From: Eledone cirrhosa
Lineage: Eukaryota
Assembly (NCBI GenBank): GCA_964016885.1
Contig: OZ024756.1
Coordinates: 2,790,001-2,854,000, forward strand
Length of the DNA: 64,000 nt
Direction: 5' to 3'
The translations under genes were made by a program, and so were the position numbers. Of the stretch, positions 13,046 through 24,397 are shown piece after piece (positions within the stretch are counted from its first letter, which is position 1; each line of letters begins with the position of its first letter). A model generated the notes under the pieces. That model searched no databases, was not told the origin of the DNA, and saw only the letters and a list, made by a program, of their open reading frames with translations.

Positions 13046-14380
13046 TACATTATGAAGAGAGAAGAAACATTTAGATATAATTAGTAATAAAATGTATCAT
13101 ACCTAAACTGCTCCTAGATTCCTCGACTACGTAGTTTCGTTGCATAAACAAAAACAGTACATCATAAAGATATAGAGCCCTTGCGAGGTCTGCCGACTTA
13201 ACAAGAGGATACCTCATTTTACTAGCTTCAAGAACGCGTCTACACGACGTGAGAAAGAATCCCAAAAGGCGGAGGGGGAGATAGTCACGCGATATAACGG
13301 TCAAGAAACAGAGCTAAGCCTCTTATAACCCCGAAGAAAATACCACGGAGGCGGAGGGGGTATTTATATCGAAGCCGTAGAAGAGGTGGTAAAGGAGGCG
13401 AGAAGTATGAGTAATGGCAGCTTTCCAGCAGTCACCACACTTCAAAGATCACTCGACCAGAGGGAGTTATGAACAATATATTTAGAAACACACAGATACA
13501 TGCGGACACACACATATACGTGAATGCATCCACACACAACCGTGAGTTAATGGTGCCAACTTACCGATGTTGCTCAATGAATGACTGGGACAGACCAATC
13601 CGGTTGAACCAGACTGAACTAGTATCAGAGTTAAAAATACATTATGAAGAGAGAAGGAACATTTAGATATAATTAGTAATAAAATGTATCATACCTAAAC
13701 TGCTCCTAGATTCCTTGACTACGTAGTTTCGTGGCATAAACAAAAACAGTACATCATAAAGATATAGAGCCCTTGCGAGGTCTGCCGACTTATCAAGAGG
13801 ATACCTCATTTTACTAGCTTCAAGAACGCGTCTACACGACGTGAGAAAGAATCCCAAAAGGCGGAGGGGGAGATAGTCACGCGATATAACGGTCGAGAAA
13901 CAGAGCTAAGCCTCTTATAACCCGGAAGAAAATACCACGGAGGCGGAGGGGGTATTTATATCGAGGCCGTAGAAGAGGTGGTAAAGGAGGCGAGAAGTAT
14001 GAGTAATGGCAGCTTTCCAGCAGTCACCACACTTCAGAGATCACTCGACCAGAGGGAGTTATGAACAATAAGTCGGCAGACCTCGCAAGGGCTCTATATC
14101 TTTATGATGTACTGTTTTTGTTTATGCCACGAAACTACGTAGTCGAGGAATCTAGGAGCAGTTTAGGTATGATACATTTTATTACTAATTATATCTAAAT
14201 GTTCCTTCTCTCTTCATAATGTATTTTTAACTCTGATACTGGTTCAGTCTGGTTCAACCGGATTGGTCTGTCCCAGTCATTCATTGAGCAACATCGGTAA
14301 GGTTGGCACCATTAACTCACGGTTGGTTGTGGATGCATTCATGTATATGTGTGTGTCCACATGTATCTGTGTGTTTCTAA

Positions 14381-14388
<8 letters not shown>
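13046..14388. mobile_element. Composite element: 592-bp tandem units plus an inverted arm, between (TA)n tracts
   Basis: 13046-13477 is repeated at 13638-14069. 14070-14388 is the reverse complement of ~13477-13790. Confidence 0.9.
13712..13801 (-). ncRNA. Hammerhead variant with a U3-A8 core and long stem II (also 13120-13209; truncated on + at 14067-14149)
   Basis: TCCTC-TTGATAA-GTCGGCAGAC...GTTTATGCCAC-GAAA-CTACGTAG-TC-(G/A)AGGA. Confidence 0.7.
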
Positions 14389-14435
<47 letters not shown>

Positions 14436-14481
14436 CTGTGTGTAGAGTTTATTATAAATTATCGTATTTTGAACTTTCCAG

Positions 14482-14533
<52 letters not shown>

Positions 14534-14666
14534 CGTTCATATGTATATAAAGGAATGTTCGTTTTTCCGATGTTTTCTTTTAAATTGACACTGCCCTGTG
14601 CTCCCTAATTATGAATTCGTATTCGAAAGACTAGGCTAAGCGGAGTTTTTCAAACTATATATATAT

Positions 14667-14787
<121 letters not shown>

Positions 14788-14998
14788 ATGTTAGTCAAGG
14801 GTGTTGCAGTTACAGGCGTCGCGCCGTTCGAAACACTCGATGGTGTTACGAGGTCGGTTTCGCTTAGGTTGTATTCCAGTGTTAGGGTGTCAGGCCCCGT
14901 CACCTTGATTTTACCCTGAGATGATCGATATCGAATCAATTATAATATACAAATATATTTGTACAAATGTTGCAACACTGATTTCGACTCTTTTAGTA

Positions 14999-15094
<96 letters not shown>

Positions 15095-15096
15095 CT

Positions 15097-15192
<96 letters not shown>

Positions 15193-15237
15193 GTGGTCTA
15201 CCTTGCGTGGTAGGGTCTTCAACGATCGTAAAATATT

Positions 15238-15412
15238 TGTTTCTACTTTTGGCACAAGGCCATCAATTACCCAGTACATTACTGGTACTTTATTTTATCG
15301 ATCCCGTAAGGATGAAAGGCAAAGTTAACCTCGGCGGGATTTGAAATCAGACCATAAAGGGACGCAACTCTATGCCGCAAAGCATGGCATCAGACCCTCT
15401 ACCGATACTCCC
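15238..15412 (-). mobile_element. S1 SINE
   Basis: Same core sequence as 5058-5244. Confidence 0.85.
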
Positions 15413-15489
15413 GAACAATGATATGCATAGGTAAAATAAGTTGACTTAGTTGCTTTTATTTTCATTGTTGAATTAATATCTCTCTTTCA

Positions 15490-15520
<31 letters not shown>

Positions 15521-15995
15521 TTTATATATATATATATACATACATACATATATTTATGCGTGTGTGTGTCTGTGTGTGTGTATTTGTGTGTGTGTGTATA
15601 ATATCATGGCCAAAATGTTACCCTATTGACTTCTCGAGTGCCACACCTATAAATATCACTAACATTACGGCGTGTCTTATGTTGAACCATAACTTATATA
15701 ACTCACTGCTTGAGAAAGGTTTGCCCTTATCTGCTCTAAAAGACATCTGCCATGACCAGATCTTTAGAGGGGGGGGGGGGTTCAACCAATTTACGATGCC
15801 CATGAAGGAACAGCATATGTTAGGACGGTGTACCTACCACACTGCCAGAGTTAAGGGTTGAAAGTTAGTCTATGACACAGTGTTATAGTATAACTGTAGT
15901 ATATTAGGTTACACGGGAGGAAACGACGGGGTCTCTACATAGAATAGCTGTGGGAAGTCTGCAAATATCAAATTCTGTGAGATATCAGATACAGA

Positions 15996-16059
<64 letters not shown>

Positions 16060-16144
16060 TTAAGATTTAGTTATAAAAGAATTGCATTGTTCTATGAGCG
16101 TAACAAATACTCGGTTACAATATTAGGACACACACACTTATATA

Positions 16145-16188
<44 letters not shown>

Positions 16189-16551
16189 TATAGATATATC
16201 TTTATATATTTACACATATGTATATATATATATATATAAGTATATATCAAAGTGTGTATATAATTGTGTATTTACAGCACATATACACACATGTAGGTAC
16301 AGGGATATATATTTCACCATTTATCATATCGATAAAGAGATATAGAGATATAATTGTATATACACGCCCACACACACACACACCCATGGACATTTAAATA
16401 ATTAAATATATTTACTAACAATTTTTGTCCTACTTGGTTTCAATACACATTTATTTGTGTGGCTGTGTAAGTGTTTGTATATATTTTAATATTTATGTTA
16501 GCATATGTCTGTATATAAAACACACACAGAAACATACATACACACTCACAT

Positions 16552-16617
<66 letters not shown>

Positions 16618-16621
<4 letters not shown>

Positions 16622-17047
16622 AAAAGTTCTATTTAAATTGTTGGGATACAACAAGCAAATATTTTTATAACTGTTATAAAGCACTCAACAAATATTTGGA
16701 GTAAAAATACGATATTAATAAATGGAAACTATATTTATAAAACCATATTCATTTCATTATACATATTTCAAGGACACCAAGTTAAATTATGGTGTGCTTT
16801 CATCAGATAAAATATAAAAATAAAAATTTCCAATACTAATAATATAATTAAAGCTACAACTCCACTATCCGGGAGCTTCCAACAGTAATGGTTTCATTCT
16901 TTAAGGATGTGTCAATATTTATTTATAAAACTGATCTATATTATATTTTATCTAATGAATGTACACCATAATTTAACTTGGTGTCCTTGAATTATGTATA
17001 ATGAAATAAATATGGTGTTATAAATATAGTTTCCATTTGTTAATATC

Positions 17048-17050
<3 letters not shown>
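16618..17050 (-). mobile_element. Family H inverted-arm hammerhead element
   Basis: Inverted arms at ~16708-16820 and 16935-17050. Homologues lie at 34482-34825 and 42164-42566. Confidence 0.85.
16751..16814 (-). ncRNA. Type I hammerhead ribozyme (mutated mirror copy on + at 16944-17008)
   Basis: ATTTTAT-CTGATGA-AAGcACACCA...TGGTGTcCTT-GAAA-TATGTA-TA-ATGAAAT. Confidence 0.8.
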
Positions 17051-17086
<36 letters not shown>

Positions 17087-17088
<2 letters not shown>

Positions 17089-17510
17089 ATACAATAACAG
17101 AGATAGTTTAAAGCTAAACTCTGACTGGCAACCATCTCACTCAGCAAACATTAGGTTATATTTTAATATAAACCCAATTTAAGTGTTTGGGGTGCTAACA
17201 ATATGTATTATGTGGAAAAGCCAGTTGTATTATTTTATGAGATATAATTAAAGTTAAAATACATCTCTCTTTCCAAACAATTGTTTCATTATAAGTTTTC
17301 TACAAATTGGGAGAATATTTCGAGTTTATGTAGAAGCCTAATATATATTCATGTAAGAATATATTTAGGTGGGCGCATATAAAGCATCAGTGGAAGCCCA
17401 TTAAACTTTGATATAAGAAAAAAATTCTTACCGCAGTTAAAAATCGTGTCTGTTAAGTTGCTCCTTCTAGCATCAAGTGACCGCAAAATTTGAAATTCCA
17501 GCAGTTTTTG
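17087..17510. mobile_element. Family F2 diverged inverted copy
   Basis: Reverse complement of ~755-1175. Confidence 0.75.
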
Positions 17511-17896
17511 ACTTGTTTAGCAGTAAATTGATTTACCATCTGTCATATACTATCCCCTCTTTTTCTTCCTCTATTACTAATATAAATACTTCAATTTTTC
17601 TGATTTTATCCAATTTATCCAAAATCTCTGAAGAAGTGACAACTGATTATACATTTGCTATCGAATACTTGCTAACATTATATGATTACGCAAGCAGCGA
17701 TACATAGGTATTCCGTCTGTTACAGAAACATATGTCAATACCTAATAAATTCCTTTTAAAAAAAAGCACTTTCATTTTATATTCATCCTTTCTACATTTT
17801 CTCCGGAATATAATTTATACTCGTTGAGCAAACCTGCACGTACGCTGTTCATCTCTAACGTAACGATATATTATCACTACATTATTGATAACCTGA

Positions 17897-17942
<46 letters not shown>

Positions 17943-18025
17943 TAAAGGTTACGGGCGAAAGAGGGCACAATATCCATAGTCAGTTGTCTGCTAGGAATCA
18001 CAGGTATTTCTTCGCGTTAGATATA

Positions 18026-18079
<54 letters not shown>

Positions 18080-18092
18080 CATAGTGTAAAAA

Positions 18093-18170
18093 CACTTATC
18101 TGAAGAGTCAGCAGCGAGCATGATCGATCGTCCCTCGAGCTGATCGGCACTGAAACACATGTAATGTGTG
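18093..18170 (+). ncRNA. Hammerhead-like motif, family G (stem II probably internally deleted)
   Basis: CACTTAT-CTGAAGA-...GCTGATCGGCACT-GAAA-CACATG-TA-ATGTGTG. Homologous to 56075-56168. Confidence 0.6.
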
Positions 18171-18371
18171 ATTAAATATGAATATGATGCAACACTGATT
18201 CTTTGTTCACTAATTATATATATATATATATAACCAAAGATTAGTATGGTTCGTTGAATACTCAATGAATACAATTTTACAATAGATTAAAAGCACTCAA
18301 CAAAGGTTTCCCTGGAGTTTTTAATATTATTCAAAATATTAACAAATGAAAAATACTCTCATAATCAAAAT

Positions 18372-18443
18372 ATATACTTTATTATATATATTTCAAAGGT
18401 ACTGTGTTGGTTTTTCAGTACGTCCTCATCAGACAAAGTATAT
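18372..18443 (-). ncRNA. Type I hammerhead ribozyme in a family I element (18232-18565)
   Basis: ATACTTTGT-CTGATGA-GGAcGTACTG...CAGTACcTTT-GAAA-TATATA-TA-ATAAAGTAT, with a long stem I. Confidence 0.85.
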
Positions 18444-18576
18444 TAGATATATGACATACCGCTACGGTCTGGATTGTTCAATTCCAGTATATGAAATATA
18501 ATAAAATAAAGAATATATTTTGATTATGAGAATATTTTTCATTTGTTAATATTTTGAATAATATATATATATAAAT

Positions 18577-18623
18577 ATTCCTGATGATTTCTGAAGAATG
18601 AAACAGTTCTAGTCCTGTAGAAT
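18577..18623 (+). ncRNA. Compact type I hammerhead in a ~70-bp insert
   Basis: ATTC-CTGATGA-tTTC-TGAA-GAAt-GAAA-CAG-TTCTAGTC-CTG-TA-GAAT. Confidence 0.7.
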
Positions 18624-18641
18624 CTCATCTATATTAAAACC

Positions 18642-18723
<82 letters not shown>

Positions 18724-18779
18724 GGAGATATTTTCTGCGTTTTAGCTCTCAACAACTTTTATAAATCTCTATCTCCATC

Positions 18780-18864
<85 letters not shown>

Positions 18865-19061
18865 ATCTCTCCCTCTCTCTATCTCTACCCCCCTCTCTCC
18901 TTGCTGAGAGGTTCAGCCGTGAGTCCTATTGTGTCAGCTTGTCATCTCGCAACTTCTGCGAAGGAATTGTCATTGACTTAATATAGAAAATATTGCTGTC
19001 CACTATGGTAATGAATATTTATTTCCTCGACCGTCAAATCAAACTACGCGTTACACTCCCT

Positions 19062-19099
<38 letters not shown>

Positions 19100-19165
19100 A
19101 GGGAGTGTAACGCGGCGTTACATATTTTGGCATATTTTGGCAGAAGATTTTGGTTATCGTGTTGA

Positions 19166-19246
19166 GCTCTACTGATGAACGACTCCAACCGTGACTAATC
19201 TCACTGAATAGTTTCGTGAAATAGTCTTTTTAAGACTATATAGAGC
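19166..19246 (+). ncRNA. Type I hammerhead ribozyme, family J (element 19098-19497)
   Basis: GCTCTA-CTGATGA-ACGA...TCGT-GAAA-TAGTCTT-TTT-AAGACTA-TA-TAGAGC. Confidence 0.9.
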
Positions 19247-19491
19247 ATTTGTAGTTTTTCCAAATTGAAGGATGAGTATTTAAACTTTACTTTATTCTGA
19301 GTTAAGACTCTATTGGTTTTTCCCTGGATTTCACAAAATCTGTGGATAAAATCTCTGTCTTGATTTTTTTAAAATTGAGTTTGAATTATTTTCCCATATC
19401 TTACGTTAATTATTTTCCATTTTGACGTTATAGTCACTTATATATTATGAAATACTGTTGGCTTCTTGCTCACATTAATTTCTCTATTTTC

Positions 19492-19574
<83 letters not shown>

Positions 19575-19865
19575 TACAGTGGTTGTCTGCTCACTGTATT
19601 GTACGGGAATCGTCTGCTCACTGTATTAAAGGAGGGTCGTCTGCTGACTGTATTATTGTACGGTGGTCGGTCTGCTCACTCTAGTATTGTACAGTGGTCG
19701 TCTGCTCACTGTATTACTGTACAGTGGTCGTCTGCTCACTGTATTACTGTACGGTGGACGTCTGCTCACTGTATTACTGTACGATGGTCGTTTGCACTCA
19801 CTATTATTCAAAGGTGGTCGTCTGTTCTCAGTATTGTTGTACGGGGTCGTCTGCTCACTGTTAAG
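19575..19865. repeat. ~30-bp minisatellite
   Basis: GTCGTCTGCTCACTGTATTACTGTACAGTG, about 10 copies. Confidence 0.9.
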
Positions 19866-20043
19866 CTGTCCTGCTATTTACGTCATAAGAATGACATCAG
19901 GCAACATAGTTCCACACCCATTGCGGCTGAAATTAATGTTGAAATGTCATTGAGTGTCAAAACTACAGTTGGAGAAGTGGAGAAGAGAAAGGTGGGAGTG
20001 TAAGAGAAGACAAGTTAGATGATGTTGATGATGATTGATAGAT

Positions 20044-20129
<86 letters not shown>

Positions 20130-20374
20130 ATATATATATATAAATAAATATTTATGTATATGTATATATGTAAAAGGTAAACAGAAATAACAACACAATC
20201 GGTACAGTATATGGAAGGGATATATTAGGTTAACACTTGATATAGCAGGAAGAGGGTCTTAACCTTTCGGACGCTAATCGGTCATCAGAAGAAAGAATGA
20301 GAAATAAGATAGATTGTGGGGGACGGGCGGGTTGTAATATATATATACATATATATATACATATATATACACAC

Positions 20375-20470
<96 letters not shown>

Positions 20471-20479
20471 ATATATATA

Positions 20480-20512
<33 letters not shown>

Positions 20513-20619
20513 GTGTGCGTGTGTGTGTATATTATATAGTGAGATAGATATATAGATAGATATTTTGATAGATAGATATGAGTGTGTGTCGTGACAAAGA
20601 TAGAGAAGGGTAAAAGGAA

Positions 20620-20700
<81 letters not shown>

Positions 20701-20769
20701 CAGTTACTAAAGATGTGTTAATTGGTGCTCACGTAATCATTTCCTAATTTAGCTAATTACATGCATGGA

Positions 20770-21385
20770 CTTAAGTGTATGTCAAAATTTACATAATTTT
20801 ACTGTTCCATTAATGGATTGTACTTGTAATTTCCTAACTAGTTGTGTTCTTTCTGTTCCTGTGAAGCCTAGCTTCTCAAGATTTGTATTGAGGCAGTTAC
20901 TAACATGCCCCAGTGCCCCAATAATCACAGGCATAAATCTGAAGGTGTAATCAGGGTGGAGTATCTGCAGATTTCTCATCAGTTCTGCATAAATATTCTC
21001 TTTTTCACTAATCTTTGATAGTATATTGGCATCTGCTGGGCAGCTAATTTCCACTACTGTGCATGCTTTCTTCTCCCTGTCCCATATCATAATATCTGGT
21101 CTGTTATGCCTGCATTTTATTGGGGGTTTTACTGGAACATTCCACCAGTACGCTTTCATATTATGTACGTGGATGTCTTCCACATTGCTGTAGCTTTTAA
21201 TGTGTTTATTATCGGGGCTATCTTTTTTACGAACTGCATTGTACAATGTTTTGGCCACTACATCATGCCTCATAGGTAGATAGTACCGCGATGACATCTT
21301 TGGACAGCTGCTGATGACATGGGTGACATCTTCGATGTTAATTCTGCAGAGTCTGCACTTGTTGTCACATCTAGTTGTTTTGCCT
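20770..21385 (-). pseudogene. R4/Dong-like non-LTR retrotransposon C-terminal fragment (CCHC plus restriction-like endonuclease)
   Basis: RHD...RPDIMIWDREKKACTVVEISCP...KENIY is the RLE PD-(D/E) signature. Upstream lies CRxxxEDVTHVISSC. Confidence 0.85.
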
Positions 21386-21414
21386 GCATCCCTATCTGTA
21401 TGTATGTATATATA

Positions 21415-21600
21415 TATCTACTTTTGGCACAAGGCCAGCAAATACCCCAGAGCATTACTGGTACTTTATTTTATCAACCCCGTAAGGATGAAGGGCAAAG
21501 TTAACCTTGGCGGGATTTGAACTCAGAATGGCAAGGGCCGTAACTCTATGCGTCAAAGCATGGCGTCCGACCCTCTACCGATACTGCTAATCTACCACCT
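21415..21600 (-). mobile_element. S1 SINE
   Basis: Same core sequence as 5058-5244. Confidence 0.85.
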
Positions 21601-21989
21601 ATAAAATTAATATAAGTGGATTAGACATTCACTAACACGTGTAGCCTATACATAATTCTCATGGAACTTTAACACGATGTGTGTAACATGACTAGGCCCT
21701 TTGAATTACAGGTACAGTTCATCTGACAGGCATCCACACAGTTTCTGTCTACCCGATGTCACCCACAACACGTGTTTGTCAAGTTACTTAACCACGAGAA
21801 TTGTAGTTAAGATATTTTGGATCTTTTTCAGCAGTTCTCTTCTTGCTTGAATTCTTTCTCGTCTGAGTGATGTATGGCTGCCCCCCCCCTCTCTCTCTCT
21901 CTCTCTCTAAGTCTCTCTCTCTCTCTCACTTTCTCTATCCCTTTTCTCCCTTTATCTTTCTCATACTATCTGTCTCATGATCCTCTTTC

Positions 21990-22053
<64 letters not shown>

Positions 22054-22222
22054 CACTCTCTCTCACTGTCTCAATCACTCACTCTGTGTGTCTCTCTCTC
22101 TCACTCATCCACTCACTCTGTCTCTATCTCTCTCTCTCTCTCACTTTCTCTATCTCTTTTCTCCCTTTATCTTTCTCATACTATCTGTCTCATGATCTCT
22201 CTTTCCATTTCTCTCTTTCTCA

Positions 22223-22287
<65 letters not shown>

Positions 22288-22556
22288 TCTTTCTCTCCAT
22301 CCTTCCATGCACCTCTCTCTCTCTCTCTCTCTTTATCTATCTATCTATCTATCTTGATAGAGTAAGACACGCTTCGCATCGGCTCCGCTATTCCATCGGG
22401 ATTTACCCTTACTATTGTAAGTACCGGATAAATTTTTTAGTGCAACACATTTGGAACACTAACCCCTGTTATTTAGGGAAACATTTTTGCATTTACCCCC
22501 TTTTTAGGGGGTAAAATAAATATCTATTTTTGCCGAAAAATTTCTTTCTTGGCAGC

Positions 22557-24392
22557 ATGGCGGAAAAGATGGCAGACATGTCTGCCATTAGCTCTGCCAC
22601 GCCCCCCAAGTCTGAAGAACAAAAAATAATTACAACAAAATTAGACATTGAAACAAACAAACAAAATGAAAAAACAAATGTTAAGGAAAATGAGCAAACA
22701 GAAAACAAACAAACAGAAAATAATACAAATAACGACAGGGCAACTTTCGCCCAGAAAACAAAGCAATCCATTACATACACACCAATTGACCTGACTGCCG
22801 CCAGAGAAAAACTGGCCGAAGCAAAGAAACATATTGTTTTGGGGGAGAACGGAATGTTTTCCATTAACTCCCCCCCAGAATTCAAGAAAGCCAGAGCAGA
22901 AAACACAGTTATATACAGAACTATACTAAACCAGTCAAGAAAGCCAGCACAGCCCAGCCAAATGGAAATAGAGTTAGTCCTAAAAGACTATATGAAGAAT
23001 ATTCTCTTCATACGAAAGGACCGACTCTATGGCAGCATTTCGGTCCTAACAAGAGACAAAGAAACGGCGGTTCAGCTTTCCCTAAGCCCACTCTCGTCGA
23101 CAACATATAGCTTCTATCCCTCCTACATGGGTAGAAGAACACAGAGAATAAAAGTAAAAACAATGCTGCCCACAATGGACTTCTGGTGGGCTATTGCTGG
23201 CTTCATTGATATGGGCGAAGACACTATGCTGTCAATGGGGAAGGCAACTGGAGATGCGTTCCTGGGAATGGGCCTCGACATACTAGTCCAAATGAGGCCC
23301 GAAAGAATAGCACAAATCCCGGATCGCATCTGGCTGGATGACCTTACCCCAATAGACATAATTGTAGAGGGGAGAAGACCAGCATGCTATTTATGCATGG
23401 AAAGGGGACACGTTAAGGCTAACTGCCCGAAACGTATCCCCCAAAAAGGACTATTGCCCACACCCACCACAAACAGTACACCAGCACCACCCACCTCCAA
23501 AAATACACTAATACCACACACAGCAAACAAAATACAGACACCACCAACCACAAACACAACACAAACATCACCACCACCAGCACCAAACACAAGCACGACA
23601 CAAAAATCACCACCACCAACCACAACACAAACATCACCACCACCATTACCAACCACAAGCACGACACAAACATTACCACCACCACCACCACAAAACCCAT
23701 TCCAAACAAATAATAAAAAAAACAGTAACAAATCTACCCCTCCCGCAAAAAAAAAACAACCACACAACACGTCCCTCCCACCTAGCGCTGAAGAGTTTCC
23801 CCCAACTTCTGAAGAAGAAGGAGGAGAAGCCTTCAGACAAGTTAAAAGAAAAAAAAGAAAACACACACCCAGCACACCACAAATAACCCACACACAAACA
23901 CCAACTCCAATCAAAAACACCCCACCCTCAACAAACAAAAATAAATCTGCGCCTCCCCTCTCCGAAACATTGACAGCATCACAAAAAAAGACGTTGCAAT
24001 ACACATATATAAATAAAGAAAACAAAAAACTGGTTAAATTAATAAACAATAACCCTATGGTGCAGACCGAAGGGCCAAACTTTATCTCAACAGAGAACTT
24101 CACCCATTTAAAAATGATAAAGGTCCCTCTGGACCTTTATCGTTCCTTAAAAGAACAATTTAGACGGGACGTGAGCCCCCCCTGTTTAAAACCGTTGAAT
24201 CGCGTCCTCTTGAAAGATTTCCCCATAACCGCCCCTCTCCCTGACACAACTCCAAATACCCCAACCCCACCACACACGTGTACCCCCACACCACCACAAA
24301 ACATCCCTCCACCCAACACACCTGATGCCATGGAAATTACGCAACCCGGAGAGGTAAGTGCTTTTCTTTCTTCACTTTCAACACCAAAATAG
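22557..24392 (+). CDS. LINE ORF1 (gag-like nucleic-acid-binding protein with a CCHC zinc knuckle)
   Basis: CYLCMERGHVKANC (CX2CX4HX4C), a Pro/Thr-rich tail and basic KRKKRK. The first in-frame ATG is at 22557. Confidence 0.88.
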   Translation: MAEKMADMSAISSATPPKSEEQKIITTKLDIETNKQNEKTNVKENEQTENKQTENNTNNDRATFAQKTKQSITYTPIDLTAAREKLAEAKKHIVLGENGMFSINSPPEFKKARAENTVIYRTILNQSRKPAQPSQMEIELVLKDYMKNILFIRKDRLYGSISVLTRDKETAVQLSLSPLSSTTYSFYPSYMGRRTQRIKVKTMLPTMDFWWAIAGFIDMGEDTMLSMGKATGDAFLGMGLDILVQMRPERIAQIPDRIWLDDLTPIDIIVEGRRPACYLCMERGHVKANCPKRIPQKGLLPTPTTNSTPAPPTSKNTLIPHTANKIQTPPTTNTTQTSPPPAPNTSTTQKSPPPTTTQTSPPPLPTTSTTQTLPPPPPQNPFQTNNKKNSNKSTPPAKKKQPHNTSLPPSAEEFPPTSEEEGGEAFRQVKRKKRKHTPSTPQITHTQTPTPIKNTPPSTNKNKSAPPLSETLTASQKKTLQYTYINKENKKLVKLINNNPMVQTEGPNFISTENFTHLKMIKVPLDLYRSLKEQFRRDVSPPCLKPLNRVLLKDFPITAPLPDTTPNTPTPPHTCTPTPPQNIPPPNTPDAMEITQPGEVSAFLSSLSTPK

Positions 24393-24397
24393 ATCAA

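Noticed and set aside
20255-20297. Minus-strand CTGATGA...GAAA-GGTT-AAGA (related truncated motif at ~29490)
   Set aside because: Stems II and III are too degraded to call. It is possibly a relic only.
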